Assembly: GCA_002748355.1 (NCBI GenBank)
Contig: PDSF01000035.1
Location: 14,004 to 78,003 of the forward strand
DNA from: Planctomycetota bacterium
GTDB taxonomy: Bacteria; Planctomycetota; UBA1135; GCA-002748355
Direction: 5' to 3'
DNA: 64,000 nucleotides
Positions 1-9,812 of this stretch are shown piece after piece (the first letter of the stretch is position 1; every line of letters starts with the position of its first letter). The position numbers and the translations under genes are program-made. The notes below the pieces were generated by a model. It did not search any database, was not told where the DNA came from, and saw only the letters and a program-made list of their open reading frames with translations.

Positions 1-603
1 AAGCATCCAAGGGTTGCTCAGCACCAAGTGCCCGTTATCACGCAGGCTGCGACGCACTGCCGGCGGGGTGTCCCCGTCGTAGGTACAAGCCTGCACCTCG
101 GCAAAGAGAGGATCCACCTCCTTAGCGGCGAGCAGCAGGCGCTCAAGCCCGAGGTTCTGGTCCTGAGACAGGGCCTTGGTCGGGAAGAGCAGCAGCGCCC
201 GCGCCGCGCCCTTGCTCTCGAGCAAGCTCTGCAGAATGGGTAGGGTGTAGCAGACGGTCTTGCCCGATGCTGTCGGGGTCGACACCAGGACATCCTCTCC
301 TCGCAGCGCCGCCTCGATCGCCGCCCGCTGATGGGTGTAGAGTTCTTCGATACCACGGCTCTTCAGCACCGCCTGCAGCCTCGGGTCAAGACCCTGCGGC
401 AGCCCTGAAAACTGCCCGGGCCGCGCCGCTTCGACATGCCAGGCACGGATGCGCCCAGCCAGCTCAGCATCCTCTTTCATGCCGCGCACGATGTCGGCGA
501 CGCGCCAGCTTCCCCGTGCACGCCGGGCACCACCCACCTGAAGATTCGCCCCCGCAGCACCCCGCGCCTGGCCTTTTGGCTCCGGCGACATTCCATCATC
601 CAT
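1..603 (-). CDS. DEAD/DEAH-box helicase, YprA/MrfA/Lhr-like (N-terminal 201 codons only; gene runs off the left edge)
   Basis: My own reverse translation, in frame to position 1: MDDGMSPEPK...DVLVSTPTASGKTVCYTLPILQSLL...LLLFPTKALSQDQ...YDGDTPPAVRRSLRDNGHLVLSNPWML. It contains Walker A TASGKT and motif Ia PTKAL. ATG at 603..601 is preceded by GGGAGGGG. It is absent from the ORF track because no stop codon lies inside the window. Confidence 0.8.
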   Translation of the reverse strand, partial: MDDGMSPEPKGQARGAAGANLQVGGARRARGSWRVADIVRGMKEDAELAGRIRAWHVEAARPGQFSGLPQGLDPRLQAVLKSRGIEELYTHQRAAIEAALRGEDVLVSTPTASGKTVCYTLPILQSLLESKGAARALLLFPTKALSQDQNLGLERLLLAAKEVDPLFAEVQACTYDGDTPPAVRRSLRDNGHLVLSNPWML

Positions 604-703
604 GGCTACCCCTCCCGAGGCAGCGGAGTCTAGCAGAGCCTGGCAGTGCTCGCGCCCTCTCAGAACGCCGAGAGCAGCCCCAGCAACGCTCGTGCCCTAG
701 GCC

Positions 704-2260
704 TCAGCCCAGCTCGTCCGTTGCCACGTGGTATCTGGGGTCTTCGATCACGTTGACCTCCACCATGTTCCCCGCCTTGTGCAGAAGCTTGCGGCACTCG
801 GGGCTCAGATGGCGCAGGTGCAGGGTCTTGCCCGCATGCAAAAAGCGCTCGGCAAGGGTATCGATGGCCTCGATCGCAGAGTGGTCAGAGACGCGAGCGT
901 ATTCGAAGTCGATCACGACATCCTCGGGGTCGTTCTTCGGATCGAAGAGTTCGAGAAAGCTCTTCACCGAGCCAAAGAACAGCGGGCCACGCAGGGAGTA
1001 GACCTTGCTGCCCCCCGGCAGCGTCTCTGTAAGCACATGGATGACCTTGGCGTGCTTCCAAGCGAAGACCAGGGCCGAGACGATGACGCCAACGAAGACC
1101 GCGACCGCCAAGTCCGTCAGCACGGTCACGCCCGAAACCAAGATGAGGATGAAGGCGTCGCTGACCGGAATCTTGCGCAGCACCCGGATACTCGTCCACT
1201 CGAAGGTGCCGAGCACCACCATGAACATCACGCCAACCAAGGCGGCGACGGGCACCACCTCGATCAGCGGCGAGGCGACGAGGACAAAGGCCAGCAAAAC
1301 GACGGCCGCCGTAATCCCCGAGAGGCGCTCTCGCCCCCCCGATTGGATATTGATCATGCTCTGGCCGATCATCGCGCAGCCGCCCATGGCCCCGAAGAAG
1401 CCGCAGGTGACATTGGCCGCCCCCTGGGCCACGCACTCCTTATTGCCGCGGCCGCGAGTCTCGGTCAGCTCGTCGACCAGGGTCAGGGTGAGCAGCGATT
1501 CGATGAGCCCGACCGCCGCGAGGATGATGCCGAAGGGCAAGATGATGCGGATCGACTCGAGGTTGAAGGGCACGGCCGGCACGTGGAATTCCGGCAAGCC
1601 ACCGGCGAGCGAAGCCTCCGGATTCCCTGACATGTTGCGCAGGTAATCCAAGATGGTCGGAGTCTCGAGCCGGAGTCCCAGCGTCAACAAGGTCACCACG
1701 ACGATCGCCGCCAGCGCCGCCGGGACCGCGCGGGTGAGCCTCGGCAATAAGATCATGATCGCCATGGTCAGCCCAGCGAGACCCAGCATGGTCCAGATCT
1801 CCTGACTCGGCATCCATTGCCGCTGGCCAGCGGCATCCAAGGTCTGAAACTGCCCGAGCTGCGAGAGCAGGATCACGATCGCCAGCCCATTCACGAAGCC
1901 CAGCATCACCGGATGCGGCACCATGCGGATGAACTTCCCCAGCCGCAGCAGCCCAGCGAGGATTTGGATCACCCCCATCAGCACCAAGGCAGCGAACATG
2001 TACTCGATCCCGTGCTCGGCTACCAGAGCCACCAGGACAACGGCAATCGCTCCGGTCGCCCCCGAGATCATCCCCGGCCGGCCCCCGAAGAGGGCGGTAA
2101 TCAGCCCCAGAAAGAAGGCCGCGTAGAGCCCGACCAGCGGGTCCACTCCCGCCACGAAGGCAAAGGCAATGGCTTCGGGCACAAGGGCCAGGGCAACGGT
2201 GAGCCCTGAGAGCAGCTCGCTCCGAAGACTGGAATCAGGATGCGGTGTCAGATCGAACAT
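704..2260 (-). CDS. SulP-family inorganic anion (sulfate/bicarbonate) permease with C-terminal STAS domain
   Basis: 518-aa ORF that is polytopic throughout ([23 protein letters not shown]...). The C-terminal ~110 aa look like STAS ([15 protein letters not shown]...[15 protein letters not shown]). Confidence 0.9.
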   Translation of the reverse strand: MFDLTPHPDSSLRSELLSGLTVALALVPEAIAFAFVAGVDPLVGLYAAFFLGLITALFGGRPGMISGATGAIAVVLVALVAEHGIEYMFAALVLMGVIQILAGLLRLGKFIRMVPHPVMLGFVNGLAIVILLSQLGQFQTLDAAGQRQWMPSQEIWTMLGLAGLTMAIMILLPRLTRAVPAALAAIVVVTLLTLGLRLETPTILDYLRNMSGNPEASLAGGLPEFHVPAVPFNLESIRIILPFGIILAAVGLIESLLTLTLVDELTETRGRGNKECVAQGAANVTCGFFGAMGGCAMIGQSMINIQSGGRERLSGITAAVVLLAFVLVASPLIEVVPVAALVGVMFMVVLGTFEWTSIRVLRKIPVSDAFILILVSGVTVLTDLAVAVFVGVIVSALVFAWKHAKVIHVLTETLPGGSKVYSLRGPLFFGSVKSFLELFDPKNDPEDVVIDFEYARVSDHSAIEAIDTLAERFLHAGKTLHLRHLSPECRKLLHKAGNMVEVNVIEDPRYHVATDELG

Positions 2261-2436
2261 GCAGGCAGCCGGGGCTCGCGAAAAAATGGCGAGGCAGGGT
2301 AGCGAGCCGGTCGCGGCTTCTCATCGTCAATCTCGAAGCGACCATCGCAAAGCGACCCTAAGCGGCTGCCGAAGGAAGGAGGCCGGCAAGCCGGCCATCC
2401 CTCCTCAGGATCAAGCTTGGAAACGGCTAGTGCGGC

Positions 2437-5070
2437 TCAGGGACGGCCGCCCAAGCGCAGGCTCGCCGCCGCGCTCGTGACCAGACCAAAGGAGTTGGCC
2501 TTGTTGTCGAAGAGGAGCCACTGCTGGTAATAACGCGTGCCCATCAGGTCCTTGGCATTTGGGATCACGAAGGGCACAGCCGCCACGCCAGCTGCCGAAG
2601 TCGCCGTCGGCAGCAGCAGCTCGCCGCTGCACAGAAGCCAGCAACCCTTGGCGCCCAAGGGGCTCAAGGAGAAGGGCAAGGGCAGCGTGTTGTAGCTGCT
2701 ATCGCTGAAGCCCGTCCATGCGAGAACGGGGATCTGCGAAGCAGCAAAGCTCAGCTTCAGGTCATAGCTGCGGCCAATCTCGGGCAACGCGCTGCTCGCG
2801 ATCTGCGGGACGGCACCCGGGCCGCCCTTACAATCAATGATGTAACTCCAGGACCGCGTCGTGAAACGGATCCAAGAGCCGCCGCTGCCGTTATTGCGCC
2901 AATAAGGCACAATGCTGCCACCCCATGCTGTCCCGACGGTAATCGTCGAGCTGTGGTTGCGGAAACCGATGAAGTAAAGCTGCTTGGCTGCAAGCTTGAC
3001 GGTCTTGTTGAGGGTCGTCGCGTAGTGCTTGCTACTGGTACCGACAGACATCGTGCCGCTGGCGAGCATCTTGTCTGGTTGGCCCGATTGCGTCGAACTG
3101 TAGAGATACGTCGGCAGCGTGAGGGTCCCTTGCCCACGACTCTTCATCTTGAGACGGAAACCGCTGAGCTCGAGATTGCTCTGAGGGCGGAACTCAAGCA
3201 GGTAGGTGATGTTTGGGTATCCGCGGTTGCCACGCAGAGAACTCGTCTCATTGAGGGAGGCGCACTTGGAAGGCCGGAGGCCGGAACCGGCACAGCCCTT
3301 ACCGAAGGTCACAAAGCTGCCCGGCTGCTTACTGTTCGGAGCCTCCATCCAAGCAAAACTGAAGTCCTGCTGGGTGCTGCCAAAGCTCTTGGCTCTGACC
3401 CGCAGGGTCAACTGCGTCGCGCTCTTGGTATAGACACGCAGCATCTCATAGAGATTTCGTGGTGTGTCACTCGAGGCAATAACGCTTTGGCCGTCGAGCA
3501 CGTCCAGAGCCAGGTCGGACCACTGGGTCGAGCTAAGATTGCTGCGATGCCAGGCAATCGCGATCGCGTAGGTCTTCTTGGCCTTAACCGAGATCTTCTG
3601 GGTCCAGACCTTATTCTTGGTATCGAGCTTCGCCGTGCCGAACTGAGAGGCCGAGGCCAAGGCGAAGGCGCGGTCGTCTCTCAAATAGCCCATGCCATAG
3701 GCGTTACGGCTGTTGTAGGGCGCGCTCGGGTTCTGCTCGCTGATATCGAGAGTCGAAGCCAGAAGAATGGCCTTGGTCTCCAGGGCCGTCAGCTTGCTGA
3801 ACTTGCCTCGTAGCACGGTCGCGGCCCCGCACACCTGCGGGCTCGCCATCGAAGTGCCCGAGCCGACATAAGTACCGGACTCGTTATCACGCCTGGCCAT
3901 GACCGTCCGAACACCACAAGCAGCGATGTCCGGATAAAAACGCTGAGAGTCGCCGTAGAGGAAGCCGCGGGAGCTAAAGCTGGCAACTCGGTGACTGTCC
4001 GCCGAGACCGCTCCGACCGCGAGGCCGTTCACCGCCGACTGGCTCCCCCTGGTAGAAGATCTGCTATTGCCAGCTGCTACACAGACCATGATGTCCGCGT
4101 TCAGCACCGCCGAGTCGAGCGCCTTCTGGGCGATATCGAGGGGGTTGGGGCTGCCACCGTAGCTGAGGTTGGCGGCAACGATATTGTATTGAACCTTATC
4201 GCTGGCCATCTTCTGCCAGGCACTGGCCATCGTCGAGTTACTGCTGGAGCCACCGCTAACCCGGTTGGCAATCGCGTAACCAGCAATACCCGCCATGGGG
4301 GCGTGGCCATTGTCAGCCGCGCTCATGCCCCAGTTCGCGCCGGCCGCAATCGAGGCAACACCGGTGCCATGACCATGGGGGTCATCGGGCCCAAGCGCGC
4401 CGATCCTGCGGTTGACGAGTAAGCGGCTACCGCCGATGCCGCCGCCAGTCTTGTTCTGAGGATCACCATTGACGAAATAGGTTTTGTGCGGGCGACCGCT
4501 GCCACCAACGTCTTCGTCCTGTCCGGTATCCATGATCGCGGCCGTGACGCCGAGACCGACGGATTTGAGGCTTTGGTTTACGTAATCGGAGTTGTGGTTC
4601 TGCGCATTGGTAGCCTTCTTGATGACGATTTCGTGTAGCTCTTCGGGCTGGACGAAGGCGATACCCGGCAAGGCTCGCAGGTCACTTAGGCGTGCGAAGG
4701 GCAGCTGAACCAAGCAGGCGTTGACCAGCCACCACTGGGTGAGCATGGAGCCCCCGATTTTTTCCAAGGCCAGCTCGAAGGGCCTCTGCTCAGAGATGAC
4801 CTTCTCCTCATAGCCTTCGATGATCCGCCGCACGGTCTGGGCATCGGCGCCATCCCGTACCGCCTGCCGAAAAGCCGTCAGGTCGAAGCTGCGTTTCTTG
4901 AAGTGAACGATCCAACGCTCGGTTCCAGGCACGGTCCCAGGCAAGCCATGTTCAGGGCTAGCTTGGAGGATCGGAGCCAAATCCTCGTCCTGGCCCGGAG
5001 CGTCCGACTGGGCTGTGGCGGAAAACGTCGACAAGACGCCCAGGAGGACGCCGAGAGAGAACTGCTTCAT
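2437..5070 (-). CDS. Secreted S8 (subtilisin-like) serine peptidase with a long C-terminal non-catalytic region
   Basis: Catalytic triad contexts are MDTGQDED (Asp), HGHGTGVASIAAG (His) and GTSMASPQVCG (Ser). The likely start is ATG at 5070 (MKQFSLGVLLGVLSTFSATAQS signal peptide, GGAG 8 nt upstream). The ORF track extends to 5133. Confidence 0.9.
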   Translation of the reverse strand: MKQFSLGVLLGVLSTFSATAQSDAPGQDEDLAPILQASPEHGLPGTVPGTERWIVHFKKRSFDLTAFRQAVRDGADAQTVRRIIEGYEEKVISEQRPFELALEKIGGSMLTQWWLVNACLVQLPFARLSDLRALPGIAFVQPEELHEIVIKKATNAQNHNSDYVNQSLKSVGLGVTAAIMDTGQDEDVGGSGRPHKTYFVNGDPQNKTGGGIGGSRLLVNRRIGALGPDDPHGHGTGVASIAAGANWGMSAADNGHAPMAGIAGYAIANRVSGGSSSNSTMASAWQKMASDKVQYNIVAANLSYGGSPNPLDIAQKALDSAVLNADIMVCVAAGNSRSSTRGSQSAVNGLAVGAVSADSHRVASFSSRGFLYGDSQRFYPDIAACGVRTVMARRDNESGTYVGSGTSMASPQVCGAATVLRGKFSKLTALETKAILLASTLDISEQNPSAPYNSRNAYGMGYLRDDRAFALASASQFGTAKLDTKNKVWTQKISVKAKKTYAIAIAWHRSNLSSTQWSDLALDVLDGQSVIASSDTPRNLYEMLRVYTKSATQLTLRVRAKSFGSTQQDFSFAWMEAPNSKQPGSFVTFGKGCAGSGLRPSKCASLNETSSLRGNRGYPNITYLLEFRPQSNLELSGFRLKMKSRGQGTLTLPTYLYSSTQSGQPDKMLASGTMSVGTSSKHYATTLNKTVKLAAKQLYFIGFRNHSSTITVGTAWGGSIVPYWRNNGSGGSWIRFTTRSWSYIIDCKGGPGAVPQIASSALPEIGRSYDLKLSFAASQIPVLAWTGFSDSSYNTLPLPFSLSPLGAKGCWLLCSGELLLPTATSAAGVAAVPFVIPNAKDLMGTRYYQQWLLFDNKANSFGLVTSAAASLRLGGRP

Positions 5071-5337
5071 CAGAGACTCCGAACTAGCGGAAGGGCAGGC
5101 GAAAAGACGAGGAGCGGGAGAGAACCCGGGCACCAGTACGTCGATCCCTTGCCTAGACCATTTCGCTGTCTAAGTCACATAACTGAGACGTAACAGACTT
5201 GCCTATTCAGGCGTCTCGTTCCTAGACCGCGGCAGCGATCTGGAACTGACCATGAGAGGGCGCAGACAAGGGAGGGCGCGCCCGGGCCGCGAAGAGCGCG
5301 CAGCTTTCGCCCGGGCCTGCAAAGTACGACCAGAGCG

Positions 5338-6267
5338 CTATTGCCCGATCAAGACCTCGGCAGCGTTGCTAAAGGCCATGCCCAAGCGATTCGCGGCCGG
5401 AGCCAGCAACCAGCCCTGGTGGAAATAGCGTTGTCCGACCAAGCTGCTGTTATTGGGAAGCTGGAGCGGGAAGGACGCGGTGAATTTGGAGTTCACGACC
5501 GAAGACAGGGTGAACTCAGCCGAGCAAAGTACGCTACAGCCGGTCCCGCCGAGCGGAGTCAAATCAAAGGGCAAGGTCAGAGGGCCGAAGTTCTTCTTGC
5601 TGAAGCCGAGCGTCAGTATCACCGGCGCGTTGACCGAGCTGCTCCGGATGTCGATGTTGTAGCGGCCACCGGGCCGGGGAAGGCCGCTGCCGCGCAGCAG
5701 CGGCGCAACGCCACGGGGGCCACATGTCTGGCCAAAGCTCGCCAGCACCGGCGAAACCTTCTGGCATGAAAACAAGCGGAACTTCCAATCGTAGGCCTGG
5801 TAGGTCTTGGTCCAGGTCTTGCCGCCGTCGCGACTTACACAGTAACGCTGCCCCTGCTTGTTCCGTCTACTCGCAGAGGTTTGCGAACTGCGGCTGAACT
5901 CCATACCGATCCAATAATGGACCTTTGGCCTCAGGACGAGAGGACGGGCCAGATTGCCGCCTTGCCAGCTCACGCTGTTGTTTTGGGCAAAGCTGGCGCT
6001 TGCGAGCAACTTGCCCGGCCGCCCCGTCTTCGCATTCTCATCCCAGAGACTGAGCTTGCTCCTGCCCTGGCTCTTACCGGTGAAAATTTCCAAGCGCAAC
6101 ACCGCAACGGGCTTGGGCACTTGGAACTGCACACAAAGGACCAGCCCCCCTGAGGTAGCCGTATTGGCGAGATATGCGGCACCATCATTCATGGCAAAAG
6201 CCGGCTTGTTGCACTGGGCGCTCGCAAGCGCAGCGAGCAGAGATACGGCAAAGAGAGTGCGGAGCAT
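5338..6267 (-). CDS. Secreted hypothetical protein, paralogous to the C-terminal ~290 aa of the adjacent S8 peptidase
   Basis: An internal ATG at 6267 gives MLRTLFAVSLLAALASAQ (signal peptide). The sequence aligns with the protease tail, for example TLPFDLTPLGGTGCSVLCS against PLPFSLSPLGAKGCWLLCS and LPNNSSLVGQRYFHQGWLL against IPNAKDLMGTRYYQQWLLF. Confidence 0.7.
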   Translation of the reverse strand: MLRTLFAVSLLAALASAQCNKPAFAMNDGAAYLANTATSGGLVLCVQFQVPKPVAVLRLEIFTGKSQGRSKLSLWDENAKTGRPGKLLASASFAQNNSVSWQGGNLARPLVLRPKVHYWIGMEFSRSSQTSASRRNKQGQRYCVSRDGGKTWTKTYQAYDWKFRLFSCQKVSPVLASFGQTCGPRGVAPLLRGSGLPRPGGRYNIDIRSSSVNAPVILTLGFSKKNFGPLTLPFDLTPLGGTGCSVLCSAEFTLSSVVNSKFTASFPLQLPNNSSLVGQRYFHQGWLLAPAANRLGMAFSNAAEVLIGQ

Positions 6268-6441
6268 GAGCTTGTCCTCAAGGGAAGGTGAGAGAGATGC
6301 GGAAGAGCCTAGCAGCTTTTGCAGCTCGCCTCGAAGGGATAGGCGGCTCAGCCTAGTCCAGAAAGCTTGCAGAGCCGGAGCCGAGCCCCTAGTTCTTCCT
6401 GCTCCAAGCAAAGCAGCAAGCCATAACCGTAATGAGGAAGC

Positions 6442-6636
6442 ATGGGGCAGATCCGGGGACTTTGGCGCGACACGTGGTGGCTTTGGCTAGCGTTCACAGC
6501 GGCCTTCGTCCTCCTCACGATCTACGTGATGGCGGTGTATCTCATCTTCCTGCCCCTGATCCCCATCATTTTTCTTTACTTCGCCTTCGGTCGTTATGAC
6601 GAGAAAGGCCAACGTAAAGAAAACCAGCACCGCTGA
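6442..6636 (+). CDS. Small two-TM membrane protein (hypothetical)
   Basis: 64-aa ORF with an ATG start and two hydrophobic helices (WWLWLAFTAAFVLLTIYVMAVYLIFLPLIPIIFLYFAF) followed by a charged tail. A strong hairpin follows 27 nt downstream. Confidence 0.5.
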   Translation: MGQIRGLWRDTWWLWLAFTAAFVLLTIYVMAVYLIFLPLIPIIFLYFAFGRYDEKGQRKENQHR

Positions 6637-6662
6637 GAGGGGAGCATTCCTGCGAGTTCGAT

Positions 6663-6699
6663 AACACTGCCAGTTCAGAGACACTGAACTGGCAGTGTT
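6663..6699. terminator. Perfect 16-bp stem hairpin between convergent genes (candidate bidirectional terminator)
   Basis: AACACTGCCAGTTCAG / loop AGACA / CTGAACTGGCAGTGTT, read directly from the sequence. It lies between the stops of 6442..6636(+) and 6752..8182(-). Confidence 0.7.
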
Positions 6700-6751
6700 G
6701 CTGTACGGGCAGCGTTATCGAGTTCGACGGCAAGAAGGAAGTCCCCCCCGC

Positions 6752-8182
6752 TCACCGCTTCCCGGTCAGCACCACCATGCGTGAGATCTTGAAGAGCTGG
6801 GCCCCGTGTCCGGCCAAGTCCATGCCCTCGCCGCGAATCCCGATCTCCATGCCAACGAACTCCAAGAGATCGTAGCGGTCGCCCTCGACATCGAGCCAGG
6901 CCACCGTCTTCCCGCCCTTCGCCAGGCGATAGGCACTCGGGCCGTTACTGCCCGGGCGATACTGCAGCCAGCCGACGAGGGCAAAGCGACGCTTGGGTGA
7001 AAGGGTGCGAAGAGCTGCCGGTTGCGGCTCGGACTCAATGGGCTTGACCGGCTCGATCAAAGCGATCACCGCCTCCATGCGCAGCTCGATCTCATTGAGC
7101 GAATCCAGCAGCTTCTTGGCCTGAGTCTTTTGGCTCTCTGTCGCGAGCTCGATGCCATCAAGCTCGGTAAGCAGCTCGTTGGCACGCTTCTTCGCGTCTT
7201 CGAGTACGGGTAAATACGCCTTGACCTCGGCCCCCTGCTTGCGTTCTGCCCCCTTCAGTACCACCTTCTGCAGCTGGCGGAACTCGGCGAAGAGCGAACG
7301 CTGCTTTTGCTTCCAAGTATTGAGGAGGGCACGCTGGCGGCGCTCCTCGGCGATACGCTCTTGAGCCTCTCTCCAGCGCGCTTCCTGAGCCGCGATCTGC
7401 GCCTTAGCACCCGCGTGCAGCGACTCATCGGGAATACGATCGATCAAGCTTGGAAGCTTCGCCGCCTTGGGGTCGACCGCCAAGAGCTTGCCGGCCTCTT
7501 CGATCAAGCTCGTCGGCACAAAGGCCCCCACTTCGTGATCGCTGAGCACCTTCACCCAGGACTCGGAGAGCTTCCTCCCATCGACCGGACTGAGGACTCG
7601 AACGCGAGTCCCCTTGGGCAGCATCATGACCGGGGTCTCGGCAGTCTCCGGCTTGGGACGATAACGGAACGAGACACCCGAGCCCGTGGTGCGGGCATAG
7701 CCATCGCCAGTGAGCTCTAAATAACGCCCGTAGACATAGCCCTGCATTCCGCCCAGCACGCCGACACGGCGGAAGCCATGTTGCGCCTTCTCATCGAGGA
7801 CAACGAAGAGGGTTCCAACGGCAAAAGGCCCAGCAACCTTGGGCGCCAGGTCTTTGTTCTCGTAGAGATACAGCGGGGTTTCGACCGTGCTACGCACCAG
7901 CCGCCGTTCCTGCAAGCCAGGCTTGACCTGGTCACGAGAGGATTCTCCCTTCAGGCCCGGCATAGAGCGATTTGCCTTCTGGCCAGCGCCAGCTTCCCGC
8001 GATTTCGGCGCAGCGGCGGCAGGGCTCTTGGGAGCCTCACCCGCCGTACGCACGGACGGAAAGGCAGAGCCAGCACGTCCGGGGTCCTGAGAAGCGGGAT
8101 CTTGAGAGGCCCATGCGTTACCAGCGCCAAAGCTGAGACAGGCGGCGAGTAGCCCAGTGGCTACAGAGATGTGTTCGTTCAT
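6752..8182 (-). CDS. Secreted hypothetical protein (SH3-like beta segments plus a long coiled coil)
   Basis: ATG at 8182 gives MNEHISVATGLLAACLSFGAGNAWA (signal peptide). The central region is heptad-like and rich in K/E/Q/R (AQIAAQEARWREAQERIAEERRQRALLNTWKQKQ...). Function unknown. Confidence 0.65.
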   Translation of the reverse strand: MNEHISVATGLLAACLSFGAGNAWASQDPASQDPGRAGSAFPSVRTAGEAPKSPAAAAPKSREAGAGQKANRSMPGLKGESSRDQVKPGLQERRLVRSTVETPLYLYENKDLAPKVAGPFAVGTLFVVLDEKAQHGFRRVGVLGGMQGYVYGRYLELTGDGYARTTGSGVSFRYRPKPETAETPVMMLPKGTRVRVLSPVDGRKLSESWVKVLSDHEVGAFVPTSLIEEAGKLLAVDPKAAKLPSLIDRIPDESLHAGAKAQIAAQEARWREAQERIAEERRQRALLNTWKQKQRSLFAEFRQLQKVVLKGAERKQGAEVKAYLPVLEDAKKRANELLTELDGIELATESQKTQAKKLLDSLNEIELRMEAVIALIEPVKPIESEPQPAALRTLSPKRRFALVGWLQYRPGSNGPSAYRLAKGGKTVAWLDVEGDRYDLLEFVGMEIGIRGEGMDLAGHGAQLFKISRMVVLTGKR

Positions 8183-8583
8183 GTCGTGACTCCCCACACG
8201 ATTCAAACGCAGATATGCACAAGGCTTCCAAACCAGGCCCTTGCCCCAAAGCCCCGCTAGGAGCAGTAGCCCGGGACCAGTGGTCCCGGCAGCAGTAAGG
8301 TGCTGGATTCCGCCTGCCTTCTTGAAGGCGAAAAACTCTGCCGAATCCACTGATTCGTCGAGGTTTTCCGGCGCCGAGAGAGCGTGAAAAACGGCGCCTG
8401 GCCCCGACGACGAGCTAAGCTGCCGGGCGAAACGCCAAACGGCGATGCTAGCGAAACTCGGGCGAGAAAACGATGCTTGCGAAGGGCTCGAGACAGAAGT
8501 CTCAGTAGAGAGAGGGGCCTGGCAGGGGAGAAGGGCAGCTCCCAGCTTTTGCCGCAGAGCGTCCGGGTGGCTAGCTTCCGGCC

Positions 8584-9693
8584 ATGAGACATCCAGGCTT
8601 TCCCTACATGACCTGGGCCAAGGCCAACTACTGGGGCTGCAGCCTCAGTTTGGTGCCGAGCGGCATGGCCCACCCGAGCCGTGAGCTATTGGACCTGCCC
8701 GCGGACATCGAGCCCTCGGCCGAGATCCCGAGCGAAGGGCCAGATTCACTGCAGGAAGACCTCGCAGAGGCCTATGGCGCCAATCTCGAGCAGCTGCTCG
8801 TCCTCCAGGGCAGCACCCAGGCCGACCTCCTGGTCTTCACCAGCTTCCTGCATGCCGGCGAGCGCGTATTGATCGAATCACCGGCCTACGGGCTCTTTGA
8901 GGGCTTGGCGGCAACGCGCGGAGCCCAGGTCGATCGCTTCCAGCGCCGCCACGAGCAGGACTGGGCCCTCGACATCGAGGCGGTCCGCAAAGCCTGGCAG
9001 CCAGGAACCCGCTTAGTCGTCTTGACCACGGTACAGAACCCCACCGGCTCCGTCGCCAGCGAAGAGCAGCTGCGCGCCCTCGGCGAGCTCTGCGAAGAGC
9101 GCAATGCCCTCGCCCTCTGCTCCGAGGTCTACCTGGACTTCCTCCCCAGGGCCGGCGAACCGGGCGGGCGTGCCTTCGCCTGGCAACTGCACCCAAGGCT
9201 GCTGAGCGTCAACAGCTTCACCAAGGTCTACGGCCTCGGCTCCCTGCGCCTGGGCTGGCTCTGTGGCGCCCCCGAATGGCTGGAGGAGGCCCGGCGCGTG
9301 CGCGAAGCCATCGCCCCGGTGCTGCCGGCCCTGCCCTGCCACCTCGCCAGAGAGGCGCTGCGGAAAAAAACCCTGCTTCTCGAACGGGCCCGCACGCGCG
9401 CGGCCGAAGGCCAGGCCGTGTTGAACTCCTGGCTCCACCGCGACTTTCCCGGCAAAGCGCCGGAGGCCGGCCTGGTCACCGCCCTGCGCGTCGGCGGCGT
9501 GCAGCGCACGATGGACTTCGCCAAGTTCCTCCGCGATGACTTTGACCTAGGCGTCGTGCCAGGTGACTTTTTCGGGCTCCCCGGACACCTGCGCATCGGC
9601 GTCGGCGGCGAAGCAGAGGCGACAGGCAAGGCCCTCGAAGCCCTCAGCCGCGGCCGCGAGGCGTGGATCGCAGAGCAGGGGCAGGATGCGTGA
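8584..9693 (+). CDS. Pyridoxal-phosphate-dependent aminotransferase (class I/II fold)
   Basis: 369 aa. NSFTKVYGLGSLRLGW matches the S-x-x-K PLP-lysine motif followed by the G-x-R-x-G context. The N-terminal FPYMTWAK and C-terminal HLRIGVG are typical of this fold. Confidence 0.85.
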   Translation: MRHPGFPYMTWAKANYWGCSLSLVPSGMAHPSRELLDLPADIEPSAEIPSEGPDSLQEDLAEAYGANLEQLLVLQGSTQADLLVFTSFLHAGERVLIESPAYGLFEGLAATRGAQVDRFQRRHEQDWALDIEAVRKAWQPGTRLVVLTTVQNPTGSVASEEQLRALGELCEERNALALCSEVYLDFLPRAGEPGGRAFAWQLHPRLLSVNSFTKVYGLGSLRLGWLCGAPEWLEEARRVREAIAPVLPALPCHLAREALRKKTLLLERARTRAAEGQAVLNSWLHRDFPGKAPEAGLVTALRVGGVQRTMDFAKFLRDDFDLGVVPGDFFGLPGHLRIGVGGEAEATGKALEALSRGREAWIAEQGQDA

Positions 9694-9735
9694 GTGCATG
9701 CTCGCGCCGCCGCCCGTAGAATCCCCGCCTCTTGA

Positions 9736-9812
9736 GCGCCCGTAGCTCAACCGGATAGAGCGGCGGACTTCTAATCCGCAGGTTGCAGGTTCGAGTCCTG
9801 CCGGGCGTGCCA
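9736..9812 (+). tRNA. tRNA-Arg (anticodon TCT), CCA encoded
   Basis: Cloverleaf folded by hand. Acceptor GCGCCCG/CGGGCGT (G1-U72 wobble), D arm GCTC-AACCGGATA-GAGC, anticodon arm GCGGA-CTTCTAA-TCCGC, variable AGGTT, T arm GCAGG-TTCGAGT-CCTGC, discriminator G, then CCA. Total 77 nt. Confidence 0.9.
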
